A DNA stretch of 64,000 bases, taken from contig CDMY01001052.1 in the NCBI GenBank assembly GCA_001179505.1, positions 153,486 through 217,485 on the forward strand, read 5' to 3'. This stretch comes from Vitrella brassicaformis CCMP3155 (lineage: Eukaryota > Protista > Chromerida). The position numbers and the translations under genes are program-made. The notes under the pieces are model-generated. The model did no database searches and was not told where the DNA came from. It was given only the letters and a program-made list of their open reading frames with translations. This document shows, piece after piece, positions 25,801 to 38,528 of this stretch (positions within the stretch are counted from its first letter, which is position 1; every line of letters begins with the position of its first letter).

Positions 25801-26754
25801 TCTTCAGAGACACGAGCGAAGAGAGACTCCAGCTCTCACACATGGAGGTAACAGAGAGATGTCCAATCTCCATGTGTGAGACGGTGCCCTTGTGCAGATG
25901 GTGGTCTCCTTGGTGAAGACATTGGAGTACTGGTACAATATTAGCGGCCGCGTCCGCCTCTACCACACCGACATCGACAATCTCAATGTGTGGTTCATCT
26001 TCGAAATATTGTGAGCTGTCATATCTCGATAATATTTCGTATTGTGAATATTTCAATGTCATGTACCCATTCAGTGAGCCAATGATGGACTACACAGTGG
26101 CCAGCTCAAGGAGACGGAGACGCATGCAACAACAACAGCAAACACAACCACCACAGCAGCAACAGCCAAACACGTCTCCACCAAACACCTCTCCCCCTTC
26201 CCCCATCCCCGCCAACACTGCTGACGACCCCCCGCCTCACAACGGGACTGAGCACGATCACAGCGGACCAGGTCATGCCACCGAGGCACCGCCGAACAGC
26301 AATGGTGGCCGGGAGACAGGGCAACGACAGCCGGCCACCCAGCCGGACACAACGCAGACGGCTGCACCGCCTCAAGTGCCTGGCGGGGGCAGCGGAACCA
26401 ACCTCACATCCAACAACACCCGGCCGGGACTAGACAAGGTCAGCCGAGCCGTGAACGAGAGGAGGTCCGATCATGTGCGTCTTTGTTGAGCAGGATCGCG
26501 AACCAGAAGACCCTGGGGACCTTGCTAAGTCAGAAGAGGAAATTTTCGACGCCGTAGCAGACGCAGGATTGCTCGACACCTTCGATCTCGCGTGGGTCAA
26601 TTCGTCAATGGTGATGCAGAAGCTGTGGGTGGACATGCTGACGCAGAAAAGTCCCATTCTCTCCCACTTCTCCCTCAAGTTTGGGGGCATCTCTCCCGTA
26701 CTGTGCTGTAGCAACAACTGTCCTTCTGCCGTTATGGAGAAGCCGTGCAGCTAA
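22831..26754 (+). CDS. Large multi-pass membrane protein with IPT/TIG-like ectodomain (hypothetical), multi-exon
   Basis: Exons join in frame through short GT-AG introns. About five hydrophobic segments are followed by beta-rich Ig/IPT-like segments (VVCTFPA, ISKVSIGERDC, VRCNVAAI..DVTVT) and a P/Q-rich linker. It may be two genes. Confidence 0.65.
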
Positions 26755-27353
26755 GATTGAGCGCCTTGATGAGTCTCTCGTCTTCTGGCCTTTCTTTCAT
26801 GTGTGCTGCAGCTGTCTTCTTTGTCCGGCATTTTGACGAATGCATGTATTCATTAGTAGACCGACCTTGGTCGACTCAGTGGGGTCTCTTATATGATGTC
26901 TGTCGATGGATGAATATCAATGGCCTTGCCTTCATCGCTGCACACAAGACATACCGAGCTGGTGAGGACCTTATTCCCTTGGCCGTGCAACCCCAAACCC
27001 GATACTGATCACACGCTGGTCATCTTAGGTACCTAGACCACACGCAGCAGCTCACACCCATGGACGAGAAAACGGAGCAATGCACTTTGCCCTCTCCCTT
27101 CCCTTCCTTCTCTTCTCTCAATGTTCATCTCTGTGGCGAGCGTCACGTCACTCCTGCTCCTGTCTCTTCATCTCGTCCTCCTCTAAGAAATGCATGGCAC
27201 ACAGAAAGAAGAGAAGGATGTACGGATGGCGTAACAAGGCAGCAAAGCACGTAAGCGTACCTGGCGAGCACGGCACCCACTCGTATTCGTCGAGGCTCGG
27301 CTGCTTCCCCTGGCAGGAGCAGCAAAACACCGTCCATAGCCCCACAAGACACG

Positions 27354-28169
27354 TTACCCAGCCAGCCTTGTCTCCCGAGTGTGCGGCATAGCGCCATGTT
27401 TCCTCCTTCTGTTGCTCCTTCTGTTGCTCTTTTGGTGGTGCTTTCTGTGGCTCCTTCCCTTCGCCGAGCTCGCGAGCGGACGAGGCAGAAGACGTGTCCC
27501 GGGTGGAGGCGGAAGGCGGGTCCTGCTCGTCCTGATGAGCCGTCTCGAGCTGTCGCTCACGGCGCTTGGCCTCGGCCTGTAGAAAGGACGGGCGACGTCA
27601 TGTCTCTGCTGTTGGCTGTGCCCTGACGGTGTTCGTACCCTCTTTTTCTTCTCACGGAACGACGCCTTCGACTTGTCGCTCATCCAGCGAGTGCTCACAT
27701 AGTCGCAGCTAGCAGAGTGAGGATCTCTGCAAGAGACAGAGACAGACAGGGAACGACCCTTACATGCGGACATCTGGTAAGAGCCCCACAGTGCCTGCAT
27801 TGTAGCCATACCGGAAGTGCCAGCCCGGAGTCGCACCGTGCTCACCGGCCTCCCATTTCACATCAGTCCAGCTGCGGGAGAGCTGCACCGTGCCTTTGGT
27901 GTTGTATGTCATCGGGTACTCAGACCGATTCTTTATCCGGCGATCAACAAACCTTTTCGCGTCCTGCAGGACACGCCACGCCACACGATACATGCATAGA
28001 CGATGCTTTTCGATGGGGTAAGGATGTCTGCCTGCCAGTGGGCCTCTTTTCTTACCTGGGGCGACATGGTCTCCGCACAGATGACCTGGGCCTTTTCCCT
28101 CTTGTCTTCTTTGGCTGACTCCTTCGGTGAGCCCTTCTGACAGGGCAACTGGCAGCGCTGAAACGCCAT
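27354..28169 (-). CDS. Hypothetical basic protein, 3 exons
   Basis: Frame-preserving introns join MAFQRC..SPQ / DAKRFVDRRIKNRSEY..LPDVR / DPHSASCDY..; Arg/Lys-rich C-terminus. Confidence 0.5.
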
Positions 28170-28376
28170 CCGTACCAGCCAGCCCTCTTAGTTTCCAGGA
28201 GCTTTCTTCCGTCGACGCTGTATCTCAGACTGGCGAAGCCGAACAGGACAAGCTGTCAGCTAAAGAGCGAATTGAACTTCCGACAAACGCTGAGCTTCTG
28301 CGAGTGAAGTTTGATTCGTGGCTTTTCCGTCTCCCCCCACACGACCCCCACATTGAGACGCCTAAGCTCGCAGCCG

Positions 28377-30848
28377 ATGGGAGATGCAGAGAGAGACCAC
28401 CGCCCTAAGGCTCACACTGGTACGAATAGCCAATTCAAACAGGAACACGCTGGGCCTCTTCAAATTGCCTCTGGTGGTTCAACTTGACAATGTCTGTCGG
28501 TGCAGGACAGGAAGATCAGGACGAAGCAGAGATTGCAAAGGCTGGGGAGGCCCTGCGTGACACCGATGACCTGCTTTCACGGCTCAGAGAAGGTATACAC
28601 ACGGCCCCCTCTTAATCATCAGTGGTGAGTGTTCGTGTGTTTGTGTTCAGCGACTAGGGACGTTCGGCGGCGCCTCTCGTAAGTGCCCGCCCCGCTGCTA
28701 GTGTCCTGCACGTTGTCTGAAAGTGAAGTGAAGCTCTTGTGCGGTGCGGATCATGCCCGACAAGTCTCTGCAGCAGGTCATTGATTTCTGGGCTTCCCTT
28801 CTGTATGTCCAAAGGGAGGACCCCCTCGATGAGCACGACACGGGGGGCCTGCTGCCCGCCATCCAGGCCCCTTCGGTGCACCACCCGCCACCGGTGGCAG
28901 CATCACCACAGAAGGCGACAGATTACAGGGAGTAAGCAAGGGAGGAGTGGACAGATGGCTCTCAGGGGAGACATGGAGCGTTTTGTTGTCAGCCTGTACA
29001 GTGTTCAGCAGAGCGTGTCGGCGTCTCTGCACCAGGGCCTGCCTTCGCTCACTGATCGGCACCGTCGAGGATCGGAGTATTTGTCGAAGCTTCAGGCGGC
29101 CAACGTGCAGCTCAAGCAGCAGCTGAAAGACATGTGCGAGCAGGTGGATGCCGTCCTCACACATGTACGCGGCCACAAAGTGGGAAAAAGACAAGGGAGA
29201 AGGCTCACTTGGCGAGGGTTCAGATAAGCAAGACCGCCAAGGACTCACGAGAGGAGGCTGTGACGCGGGCACTGAGAGGTGAGGAGGGGAGACGGAGACA
29301 TAATATTGATCAGTGGGCGAGACACACACCACGTTTGGTGTGTCATCATATCATGCATCAGCCAAGGATGAGGAGCTTCGCAACGCCCACAAGCGTCTGG
29401 AGATCTACAGGCGTGACATCGCGGCACTCAAACGACAGCTCGACGAGAACGGCAACATCGAGCGGGTAACTAACTATTCACAGGACAGGTGGGATCTTTC
29501 GATGTACTCGCATGGATGGATGCAGGTGCTGGCCCTTGAGAGTGAGGTCAAGCAGAGAGAAAGGCAGCTGGAGCAGCTCATGGTAGGCAGGCAGACACCC
29601 AGGCGAGTCAGCCACCATGGACACTCCCACTTCCCTGCCTGCCTGCCTGCCTGTAGAGGGACAACAAGGGTCTGCAGCGCGTCCAGCGTCAGCAGGAAAG
29701 AGCGCTTGCCGACGCAGCACACGCCAACGCAGAGATCCCCACAAGGGTCAGCCGCCCGGACAGCCAGCCACACCACGTCGATCGCCTTGTCCCTCCCTGC
29801 TGTATATCTATCCATAGATTCGGCAGCTGAATGAGGAGCTGCGTCGGTTGAAGGTGGAGAACCACGCCTTGAAGGCCAAGCAGCAGGAAATGGAGCAGGC
29901 GGCCAAGAAGCAGCACGGCCAGTGCATCGACCTGGAAGGAAAACTCAGGTCGGTGCACAGCACATGAGGCAGGTCACCCACGCACGCACGCACGCACGCA
30001 CGAGTGAGCACGCACGTGTGATGATTGGATGACAGGAAGTACACACTTCTTCTGAAAGGCAAGATCGATGTGACTGACTTGCAGTCGCACAAAGCCAAGT
30101 CGCCGCCGCCTCATGTAAGTCAGTGAGCACCATGCGTTCCCCCCGTTTCAGACAATCGCCGTTTTATCCATTCAGGAAGTGCCGTCAGAGGAGCTTGAGC
30201 GGCTGTCACGGGATCTGCAGACCGTCAGAGAGGCACGATCGAGGGACGAAGCCAAAAATAAACGGGCGGTGAGCTGGAAAGGCGAACAATCCGACGCATT
30301 GCACGTGACTCGCCTCGTTCTGTCAGATGCGCGTGCAGGAGGCGGAGCTTAAGGTGCTGCACGGGCAGATTGAGGAGCTCGACGCACAGCTGAGAGCCAA
30401 AGACAATGTGAGCCACTCAAGGGTAGCCGCCTACACACAAGTGTCCAAACACGCCATTGCAGGAGTATCGGATGAACCAAGTGAAGCTGAACGAGATGAG
30501 GCGGCTCCTTCGGCAGCACAACGTCCGAGGCGCGCACGTGTTGGTGCCGTCAACGGGCGCCGCGCCACCCAGCGCTCCGCCGCTCCCGCAAGAGGGAGAG
30601 GAAGAGGTGCTGCGGGCGGCACTGGTGGAGAAGGAGCATAGCAAGCCATCAGGTGAGTGTGAATAAGAGCGGGAGACACGGACACCGGGAGTGATGGATG
30701 TCTCGGTGTTTTCCCTGTCGGTTGTCAGTGGCCCCTCCTTCGATGCCAGCAGTCCAGCAGAGTGTGGACATATGGCGGATGCAGGTTGGTGGATGCTGGG
30801 GAAGGGAGACAAGACGCTCGGATGGATGAAAAACGACGGTGTCAGTCC

Positions 30849-30881
<33 letters not shown>

Positions 30882-30975
30882 TGTGTGTACGGTTCGATAC
30901 ATACAGAATGACCACCTTCATGTACAGCAGAGCTACGAGCAAGAGGATTTTGAGGACTACGACGACATGGACTGA
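28377..30975 (+). CDS. Coiled-coil protein, lebercilin-like (probably ciliary/basal body), multi-exon
   Basis: In-frame spliced heptad-rich exons (KLQAANVQLKQQL, DIAALKRQLDE, GLQRVQRQQERAL, LNEELRRLK, RMNQVKLNEMRR). LQRVQRQQERAL recalls the lebercilin motif. Confidence 0.7.
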
Positions 30976-31236
30976 CTGACGGGGGTATAGATGGATGGAT
31001 GGATGGATGGATGTATATGTAGCGGGTGGACGGGACGGAAGCGAGAAATTGTGACAGACTCGATGGACGGCATTGCCTGTCTGGCAGTGGTGCAGTGCAT
31101 GTGTGTGACGCCCGACAGACACATTTCACTCATAACCATCATGGCATGGCGGAAGAAGAGTCGTATATATAGAAAGAGCATGGAACAGACAGACACCCAC
31201 CCATGCGGCACGTATAAATATACAGACAGACATGTG

Positions 31237-32511
31237 CTACCTCGCGCCCCTCATGTTCGCCCCTCCGAACCCGTAGACCGTGTTGAGCCTCGTCCCCACA
31301 CTCACCTTGTCAGGGTTGATCTGACCATACTGATTGGGACCTGCATCAACGACAACACACACACACACACACATACACACACGAGAGTGGAGAAGACCAT
31401 GCGTGTCGCTTGTTTCTCACCTGGCACCCCCCGTCTCAGCTTAACGTAGTAGTCAACGAAATTGTTGCCCTTGCCCTTGGTGAATGGAAAGGCAGGGGCC
31501 TTCGCTTCGGTCAGACCTGACGTCAGCGGGCCCTCCTTGTACCCCTTATAGTGACCAGGACTGTCAAAACACACACACGCAGGCAAACACGTGTCTCTTG
31601 CTCCATCTCTCTCTCTCTCTCTGTGTCTCCGTCACACACACCCGGGCGCGTCACTTTTCTTGAGGGCCTTAATTCTCTCCCCTCCCGATTTCTTGACATC
31701 AAACGCCGGAGCCCCCATGTGCGGCTTCACCTTCTCGTACTTATACGCATTCGGCGCTGGGCTCTGGTGCGCCTTCCACACGGCATTCTCCAGGAAGGTC
31801 TTTTTCCTGCCCTTGGAGGCCGGCCCGCCCGTGACCCGTGGCAAGGTGACGTCAAGGGCGTCGGCCTTGTACTGGCCGGGGCCGGGCTCTTTGCTCTTGT
31901 GCTTTGGCACCGACAGACATGAACTGCATGGACGTCGAAAGGAGAAATGTCAGTCCAAGTGGGTCTGGTGTGGTGGTGTTCAATCGTCAATTTGTCTGTG
32001 TCCTGCTGTGTGTGGTGTGTCTGGAATGTATTGTATTGTGTGGTGTGGTGCTGGTGCCCTCACTCTCTCAATGACTCACTCACCCCTTGTCCAGCCCTGA
32101 TTTCGAGAAGCTCCACACTCCCGCACTCTTCTTCCCTTCCTCAGCCCACTGCATCCACCCCACACACGCACCACACAAACCCACACATAGAGAAGCATGC
32201 GAAAGGCGAAACCAACACCAGGGAGAGCCCTCCCCCGGCCACATACATTGGATGCCTTGACGTACGTTCCCGGCCCTGGCACCGCTCTCGCCTGTTTGAT
32301 GATTTTGTCGGTGAGGGCGCTGGCTTTCTCCTTGGGGAATATGATGTTCGGCAGCTTGTCTGGCGGGAAGTGCCTGCGGGGGGCCTGATAGTCCTCAGAG
32401 ATGTCCACCACACCTGCGTCACACGCAAGAAGCAACGTGCCACAACCGATGGGGCCGGCCAGAAACGGATCATGCAGCTTACTCACCTGTGTCAACGAGG
32501 AATTCCCCCAT
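31237..32511 (-). CDS. SHIPPO/ODF3-like PGPGxY-repeat axonemal protein, multi-exon
   Basis: Repeats VPGPGTY, EPGPGQY, SPAPNAY, SPGHY and VPGPNQY, spaced about 30-40 aa apart. Confidence 0.8.
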
Positions 32512-32741
32512 CTTTGCCAGGCCTTTCCCACTCTTAGCTCAAAGCAGCCAAACCGCTCACCGGCAAACCCTGCAATTGAAACCCTGCGATCCACTGGTTT
32601 GCCATTCAGTTCTCCCAAAAAGGCTGTTCGTTGCTTTGGTGTGCGGCGTGGAGTGCAGTGCTGGCCAGCAAAGGCAGATATGCGCCGAGCAGCAACTTCA
32701 TGGTGGTGTCGTTGAGCGGTCGTCGGGACCCCCGGTCTCCC

Positions 32742-34003
32742 ATGTCGATGGCGGAGCGCGTCGACCGGCTGGCCCTGACGCTGCTGGTATGCGTCATCTG
32801 CTGGCTGTGCGTCACGGCATGGTCCGTCGCCTTCTCCTCCTGGCACAGCAGGCTCTACGCCATACGCTACTTCTCCACGTTCGAGAGGACCTTCAGCTGG
32901 GCCATTGTAGGACCATAAGACGGCACAGACCACACCACCGCACAGCACAGCACAGCACAGCACACAAGAGAGTCAGCGAGGTCGATCAGTTTGCAGACCT
33001 GTGTGTGGTGTGATATCTCTCTCTGCGCAGACACTGTGGCGTGTTCGGGCGGACAGGTCAACCATATTCCGGTTTGCTAATGGCGACAGCGTCGACAGAC
33101 TCAAGAAGGCGGTGAGCACAGGAGAGCAGAGGATTGGCAGGCCTGTCAGCAGTGGGCGCACTGTGACTGCTGTCCTTTTGGGCTATGCAGATCTGTGATG
33201 GCTACATATGGGGTCAGTTCAACGACATCCCTCGCTGCCGTCATGCCGCCCAGTTCCTCCGCGCCACCCACGATCTGCTCGGCTGCCTGGGCACCGCCTC
33301 CCTGATCATCGCTGCCGCCTCGCTGATGCTGGCCAGACAGGCCAAGTGGCACAAGGGCGGCCGGCGGCTGCCCAGCGCCCTCTGCCTGACGGCCTCGTTC
33401 ACTTCCCTCACCGGCTGTGTGCTCTACCTGCAGCGGACTGAGAGCTTCATGATTGACGTCAACCAGTTCGACGAGCGGCGGTTTGCGGGCGTGTCGCGCG
33501 ACTCGTGGGCGCTGGCCTTGGGGTGGCATTCGGTGGTCAGCCTCTCGCTTGTCCTGGGCGTGGTCAGCCTGGTCGTCTGCACGTGCTTCCCCAGCCAGCC
33601 TTACGGCCATGGCCACGAAGAGGGTGAGGGTGAGCAGGTTGTGGTGCGCCATCACGGCGGCTTCTACACCCACGCACATACGCACAGCAATGGCGGCAGC
33701 ACCCACAGCCACAGCCAGTGCGAGGACGGGCTGTCGTCATTCCGACCCGCCGAGCACGAGTCGATATCGACGATGCTGACTGACGTGGCTACCGTCGGCC
33801 ACTCCCCCGCCCCGTTGCCCTCTCCTCCCCCCGCCCCCTCTCCTGTCCCCTCTCTCCCGCTACCATCTCGCTCGGCATTCGTCAGCGCGTCAGGCGATAT
33901 GAGCATCATCGCGTGGACCGGCCGGGAGCGGCAGGCCGACAGCCAGTGGCACAGCGTCTCCCGGGGGGTGTCGTTGCAGCCTGTGAGGCGGGGGGAGGGC
34001 TGA
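32742..34003 (+). CDS. Four-TM membrane protein (claudin/PMP22/amastin-like topology), 3 exons
   Basis: N-terminal TM LALTLLVCVICWLCVTAWSV, a loop with two Cys, three further TMs, then a His-rich and Pro-rich tail. Confidence 0.65.
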
Positions 34004-35681
34004 CGAAGGGGGGGAAACCAGTGTGGGCGCGGTGCGTGTGGTGCGTGTGGTGTGGTGGGCGCACTTTTGTCGTAACTTCGTTTTTTGGCCTGCTTTGTGC
34101 TTGCTTTGTGATGCCCTCCCTCCCCCAACTCGTATGTGTGTATGGATCGCATGACGAGATGGATGGATGAGTGGGTGTTTGCTGTGGGTCCGTCTAGTTT
34201 ATCATTGTTTTTGGGCTCTCCTGTAATCATGCGCACGGGAGGCCCATTCATTCCCAATTGCCCGAGCAAACGTCTTTCTCTCCCACCCTCTGTGTTTTGC
34301 CCTCGACTGCATGCACGTGTGTCAAGCAAGACTACAGTCTGCACACGTGCTTGGATGGCTTGCGTCTGTCTGTCTGTCCGTCTGTCTGTCTGAGTTGGGG
34401 TGCGTATGTACAGCAGCTCGCTGCCGCCTGGCACAAAGGACAGAGAGAAGAGAAAAGGGCAGTCAGTTCAGATTGACAGAGGTTGGCCAGCCAGCCTCCG
34501 ACAGACAGATGGATCGGATCTTCATTCAAAGAGTCGTTTAGTTAGATTGGTTGGTCGGCGGTGTGCAGGGAGGTAGAGTGGAAACTGGTGGATGGATGGG
34601 TGGATTGACGGATGGATGAATGAAGGGAGCAGCAGGTGTCGTGTGTGTCGTACAGAGAGAGGGTGGGGGTGGGGGTATACATAAGTTTCTGTGTACTTGT
34701 TTGTTTGTTTGTTCGCTCACTCACTCACTCACTCACTGTCCGTTTTGCTCACTTATTGGTGACGTGACACCTAACAGACAGATCACATCCACACACATAC
34801 AGGCCAGGCAGCACAGGCACACAAGCATACAGGCAGGCAGGCAGGCAACTCTGCCTTCCCCTGTCCTGTCTGCTGTGTGGTGAGTGAGTGAGTGAGTGGG
34901 TGCGTGGATGGATGGATGGATGAAGAAGTGTGTGTTGTATAAACATACCAACCATACGCCCGGGCGTATGGCTCTCTCTCAATAAACTGCTGGCTGCGTG
35001 TACAAAAGCTGCCTGCCTGGATTGGATATATGTGTGTGGGCGGACTGGCTGACTGACACAGCGGTAGCGTGTGCGTGTGTGTGTGTGTGTGTGGCCACCA
35101 GGCCATTTTGCGTCTGTCTGGTCCATGTGTGTGAACGGTAGGTAGGTAAATGTCGTTTTGAAGTCACCTTCCTGCCCTGTCTGTCTCGATCGCCCTCCCT
35201 CTCCCCCTCTCCCCCTCTCCCCGTCCCTCTCTCGCTCTGTCCGTAGTCAGCTGGCTATCGGCGGTCCAAACGAGCCGCCATCGCATATATCTTTCCCTCC
35301 CTCCCTCCCTCCCTTGTCGCACCCACCCGTTCGTGTATGCGTGTACATCCCTCCCTCCACACACTGGCTGCAGCCACACAAGACACAGTGAACGAACACA
35401 CCACAATTGGCACAAAGCGGGAGGGGTACAAGGAGAGGAAGGAGCAATGAGTACAGTGATAGACAGACAGACGGTAGCGGTGGGATCTGATCTGATGTGG
35501 TGTGGTATGGTGTGGTGTGGTGTGAGTGGTCTGTGCCTTTTCATCTTGTCTCTCTCTCTCTCTCTCTGACCCTCCCTCTCTGGATCGTGTGCGTGCGTAT
35601 GTGATACTCATTCATTGACTCATCCATTGACGTCAATCAGCACCAAAATCGTCCGACACACACAGCACACGTCATCGCGTC

Positions 35682-38444
35682 TCAACTCTCGCCCTTATGC
35701 ACACCACCCTCACCACCACCACCACCACTCGCAGCCAGAGAGGGCGAGCCGGAAGCAATGCTCTCACTAGCAAGAGGGCTTTGACTCTGACTATGGCAGG
35801 ACACGGCCACCTCCACAAACACACTCGAGTGCACCTCCTGTGACCTCTCGTCCAGCCACGGCCGCCGCCCCGCCCACCACACGCCACCAAAGGAGTCGCT
35901 GACAACCGAGAAATCGTGCCCTCCGCCGACGGAAACCACCCGTGTGTTCTCCCGAAGTGGCCGGGCTCGCACCGGGAGGGGCCTGTTGGTGGTGTCTCCA
36001 ACGCCCAGCTGCCCACTGAAAGGGGGATGGATGGATGGATGAATGGATGTGTGTGTGTGAGAATGGTGAGGGGTGGGGTGGGGTGCTTGGCTTGCTTACG
36101 AGTCGTTGCGTCCAAATGCAAAGATTTCGCCTTTGTCGCTGAGACACACCGTGTGGAAATCGCCGCATTCCGCCCGGACGATGTTGACGTCGGGGGGCAG
36201 CGGCACACGGGCAAGGCTGGCGCCCTCTATCTGCAACCAAGATAGACAAACGCACACAAAGACAGACAGAAGATGTCAATTGGTATGGGATTCTCTTCAC
36301 CTGCAAGTCTGGCTGCTGCCCAGCATTGCCTGAGCACATCAATCAGGGAAAGACTCTTCAATTAAGCTGAAGAATGTGTGTGTGTATTTCGTTCCTTCTT
36401 GTGCAGCGTGTGTGTGTGGCGGGGGCGGTGCGGGCGTACCTCCCGTGCCCAGATTGCCGTATCTTCGGATGCCTATGGAATAGACCTCTCCCCGATCGGT
36501 CACCCAACTGATGGATGGATGTCAGACATACACAAACAAACAAACAAACAAACAAAGAAAGAAAGACACACACAACCAACAAGCAAGGCAAGACGGATTC
36601 GATTCAAGCCACACACAGCACAGCACAGCACAGCATCCCCCCTCTCCCTCTCCCTCTCCTTCTCCCTCCTACTTGTTCACTCACATGTTATGAAGCTTCC
36701 CAGAGGCCTGGCAGGGCAGGCAGCACAGCGATAATGCCACATCACATGCACACACAAACACACACACTGCAATCATTGCATACACTCTCTCCCTCCCTCC
36801 CTCTCCCTCGTCCTTTGTGTGTCTCTCGTCACATAGACGTACCACCCATCGAATCCTCCCGCAAGGAATCCAATGGGGCGCAGAGGCGTTGGTGCTCTCG
36901 GCCAGTGACCGCGCCCCACGCCGCGGGCTCGCGTCACGCAGCCGGAACACCCTCCCGTCGTCAGTCACCACCACTGTCTGTGCGGTCATGTGCCGGAGAG
37001 TCCGCACATTGTCGCTGCCGTCGAGGGCTAGGGGGATCTGGAAAGGGTCGCGGCCTGAAGCCGAGACATATGGGAAATGTGTAGGTGGGGCCGTCTGTCT
37101 GTCTGTGTGTGTGTCTGTGTTGGGTTATACGTTCGTGCTGCCCCGGGAAGACGCGAATGCCATAGCAGTGCAGCGACTCGCTCCCTCCTCGTGGAGATGA
37201 CCCCAGGGCCACCTGCACCACACACACTCACACACACACACACATACTCACTCACATGAGCAAAGCCAAGCCCCATTCAGCCATCCAGAGCATATATCCA
37301 CGAGTGCCACTCACAGTGTTGAAAGGCCCGCACGAGACGCTTCTGAATTTGACTCTCCCCGCCTCCCCACTGCCCCCGTTAACCCCATTGGTATCTTCCG
37401 TCCCTTCAGTGAAACCTCTGAAGCTGCTGCTCTCGGGCACCGCCCGCCGCACTACACGAGACGTCGATGTGGAGGTGGGCGAGTCCGGGGGCGACGCTTG
37501 CGGAGGCGGCAAGCTCCGAAGGTGGCTCGTCGTGAGAATCGGCGACCTCAACGGATCTCTGTCCGTCGTGTCTGTTGTGGCGAGGCTCTCAGAGGCCGTC
37601 GGCTGGGGGAGCTCCGTGAAGGACTCTAGTGCCCTGACCCGCCTGACGCCCTCGAGCCGTATCCTGCCTTTGTCCTGTCTCGACGACGGGCTGGATGCCC
37701 AGTCGATTCCCGCCTGCAGCAGCCGCCCCTGCTCGGTGATGATGGCGCTGTGCCGCTCACCCAGGGCGACTTGCACGGGAGTGTCGTCGTCTGCAGTTCC
37801 CCGCAGCCGCATTCTTTTTGGCCGTGCTGGTGATGTGCGTGAGGGCCTGCCGAGTTCGCCGGCGTCGTTTCTTCCGGCTGAGAGCAGGTGGCCGGATGGC
37901 AGGATGGCGATGAAGCGGCGGTTGGAGACGGCCAGCCTCTGATGCATACATGCATTCAGCCACCCAAGTAGACATGAGAAGGGTGTGTGTCTGACATCGC
38001 CCCGCCCAGCCCCTCATGCACCTGGAAGACGCCGCTCATCATCCTCTTGAACTCGAGAAAGGCCAGCAATGTCTCACCTGTATGCCGTCCATTGCACACA
38101 CAGACAGTGGCATACACAGCCACATAGACATACCCGTGTGGCCCCACGTACGGAATGTGAGTGACACTGTCTGTGCCTTTTGCTCGCCTGGCAAAAGGAA
38201 CCCCTCTTGATCCGGATCAGCAATGCGAAAGTGTTCCCGCAGCTGCAGCCGGGCAACAGCGTTCAGGTGCTGTGCAAACAGCCAGGAGGACAGGCCCGCC
38301 CTGAAGACAACACACACACCACCCGACAGACACAAATGGGGGAGTGAGAAACCTCGGTTTTTCCGACCTGCCGCATTCCCTGGGAGTGCAGAAGCTGAGG
38401 ACGTTTGCAAGTGTATCGCCCGGCAAATCGCGAAGAGAAGCCAT
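35682..38444 (-). CDS. F-box plus RCC1-repeat protein, multi-exon
   Basis: N-terminal F-box MASLRDLPGDTLANVLSFCTPRECG. RCC1 repeats GHLLSAGRNDAGELG, VQVALGERHSAIITEQGRLLQAG, VSCGPFNTV, HMTAQTVVVTDDGRVF and VGGGHDFSVVSDSFGGVWWAG. Confidence 0.85.
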
Positions 38445-38528
38445 CTTTGGCGGGCAGCGATTTTTGCGAGCTAAGCCGTGAGAATGAACGAAAAATGAGC
38501 TGACTATTCCACAGATCTTGCGACGAGA

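Noticed and set aside
34010-35670. Numerous 60-125 aa ORFs
   Set aside because: They are translations of GGAT, CAGG, CA and GT microsatellites in a convergent intergenic region.
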